Below the pieces are notes generated by a model. It was not told where the DNA came from. It did not search any database and was given only the letters and a program-made list of their open reading frames with translations. The translations under genes and the position numbers were made by a program. This document shows, in pieces, positions 33,358 to 34,370 of a stretch of DNA of 34,370 bases (the first letter of the stretch is position 1; each line of letters starts with the position of its first letter). The DNA comes from Atractiella rhizophila (lineage: Eukaryota), in the NCBI GenBank assembly GCA_021432655.1, contig MU271660.1:1-34370 (forward strand), in the 5' to 3' direction.

Positions 33358-34370
33358 ATGCTTTCAAAGTGTTGGATGCAATTTGCACCTGCGAGTAACG
33401 CGAGAACGGAAGATGGATACTTCTTCTTTTGTGAATATTTCACAAAATGGTGAGTGCCACGGTCAGCTAGGCTGAGTGAGGGAGATTCGAATAACTCACC
33501 ATCGTTGTAGGAAAAATCTTCCCGCTTGCCTGGAGTCTCAACTTATCAGAGAGCCCAATAGACCCCAAACCATGCATGGCTCGATCGTTACAATTGTCAT
33601 TGGTCCAAGCGACTCATGGTTTATGGCCTGGAAGGGCGTGGACAATCAACTTTGGTGTCGTGAGTCGCTATTTCGTTTTTCTGACAGGCACTGATAGTAG
33701 TCCAGGTTCAAGTGTAGGATTCGAGAAAGAGTTCGTAGACGCAGAAGCTTGGCTCGAAGGAAATAACTATCCTATCGCTGATGGCGCTCTGGGGCAGAAC
33801 GGGAGGTTTATTATGTTCAGCAGCACCAATTCTCGCTGGCGCTGTCCCCTTGATCTGGATGGACATTTGACCACGTACCTCAAACCATACTATGGTACCG
33901 TGACAGTGACGTCCTGTTCCTTTGGAGTGGATGACACCTATTTCGTCCTACTCTCGACTGGCCGGTATTTCTACCAACTGAAGGATAAATACCCTGCATT
34001 ACTCGAGGTAATCAAGAACCAAGGATTTAAAAGCTTCTATGTAATTTTGTTCCCAGTTCAATCATAGGTTCTAATTTTATAACACCAGAGCGTTCAACTA
34101 CACCCTACGAAACCAGAGCTCTACTTCGCCTCCTTCACCGATGGCACCATTCATTGGTCTCTACCTCCCTCATGGAACGGCGATATTCTGAGCATTGTTT
34201 ACGCCTACAGTGGAGCTGTAGAACAAGCCAAACGAACGTCAGCCAGCGGTACTGCTATGAACCCTTTCTCAGGCTACGCTCCCCCGGATTATGGGTCCGA
34301 GAATCAGGGAGGTGTAGCCGAATTGCTCAATCAGTTCGTCCAAAATGGGGGCATGGACATGGTCGGGCAG
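33358..34370 (+). CDS. Hypothetical protein with internal repeat-like units, multi-exon, runs off the window end
   Basis: ATG at 33358 (MLSKCWMQFAP..EDGYFFFCEYFTKW|KNLPACL). Introns with GTGAGT donors near 33450 and 33660 and a GTAATT donor at 34041 join open exons. Recurring units are IVIGPSDSWF, ALGQNGRFIM, SFGVDDTYFV and LHPTKPELYF..WSLPPSW. Confidence 0.6.

Overview
Eukaryotic, intron-rich fungal DNA, most likely a basidiomycete (inferred from ~45-60 nt introns and protein style). No prokaryotic features, rRNA, tRNA or CRISPR arrays were found. Conserved genes are: the 5' part of mitochondrial Phe-tRNA synthetase MSF1 (-, runs off the window), the AGC kinase SCH9 (+), a mitochondrial-type DnaJ protein (-), a two-domain membrane-anchored amidohydrolase (+), NUP84/Nup107 (+), an Est1/Ebs1/SMG7-like protein (+), the WD40 protein ASA1 (-) and glutathione reductase GLR1 (+). 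Accessory genes lie between them: two tandem F-box/LRR-like paralogs with an extra N-terminal domain, a Pol-beta-type nucleotidyltransferase, a repeat-like protein and orphan multi-exon genes. The most notable observations are: (i) a ~0.5 kb diverged direct duplication of the DnaJ 3' end and the SCH9/DnaJ convergent 3' region, bracketing a ~2.3 kb block with an orphan gene; (ii) a 404-nt structured intron in the DnaJ gene; (iii) about five GC-AG introns among roughly 50 traced; (iv) the F-box pair and the NTase as candidate uncharacterised systems. All gene models were spliced by eye and no database searches were run.
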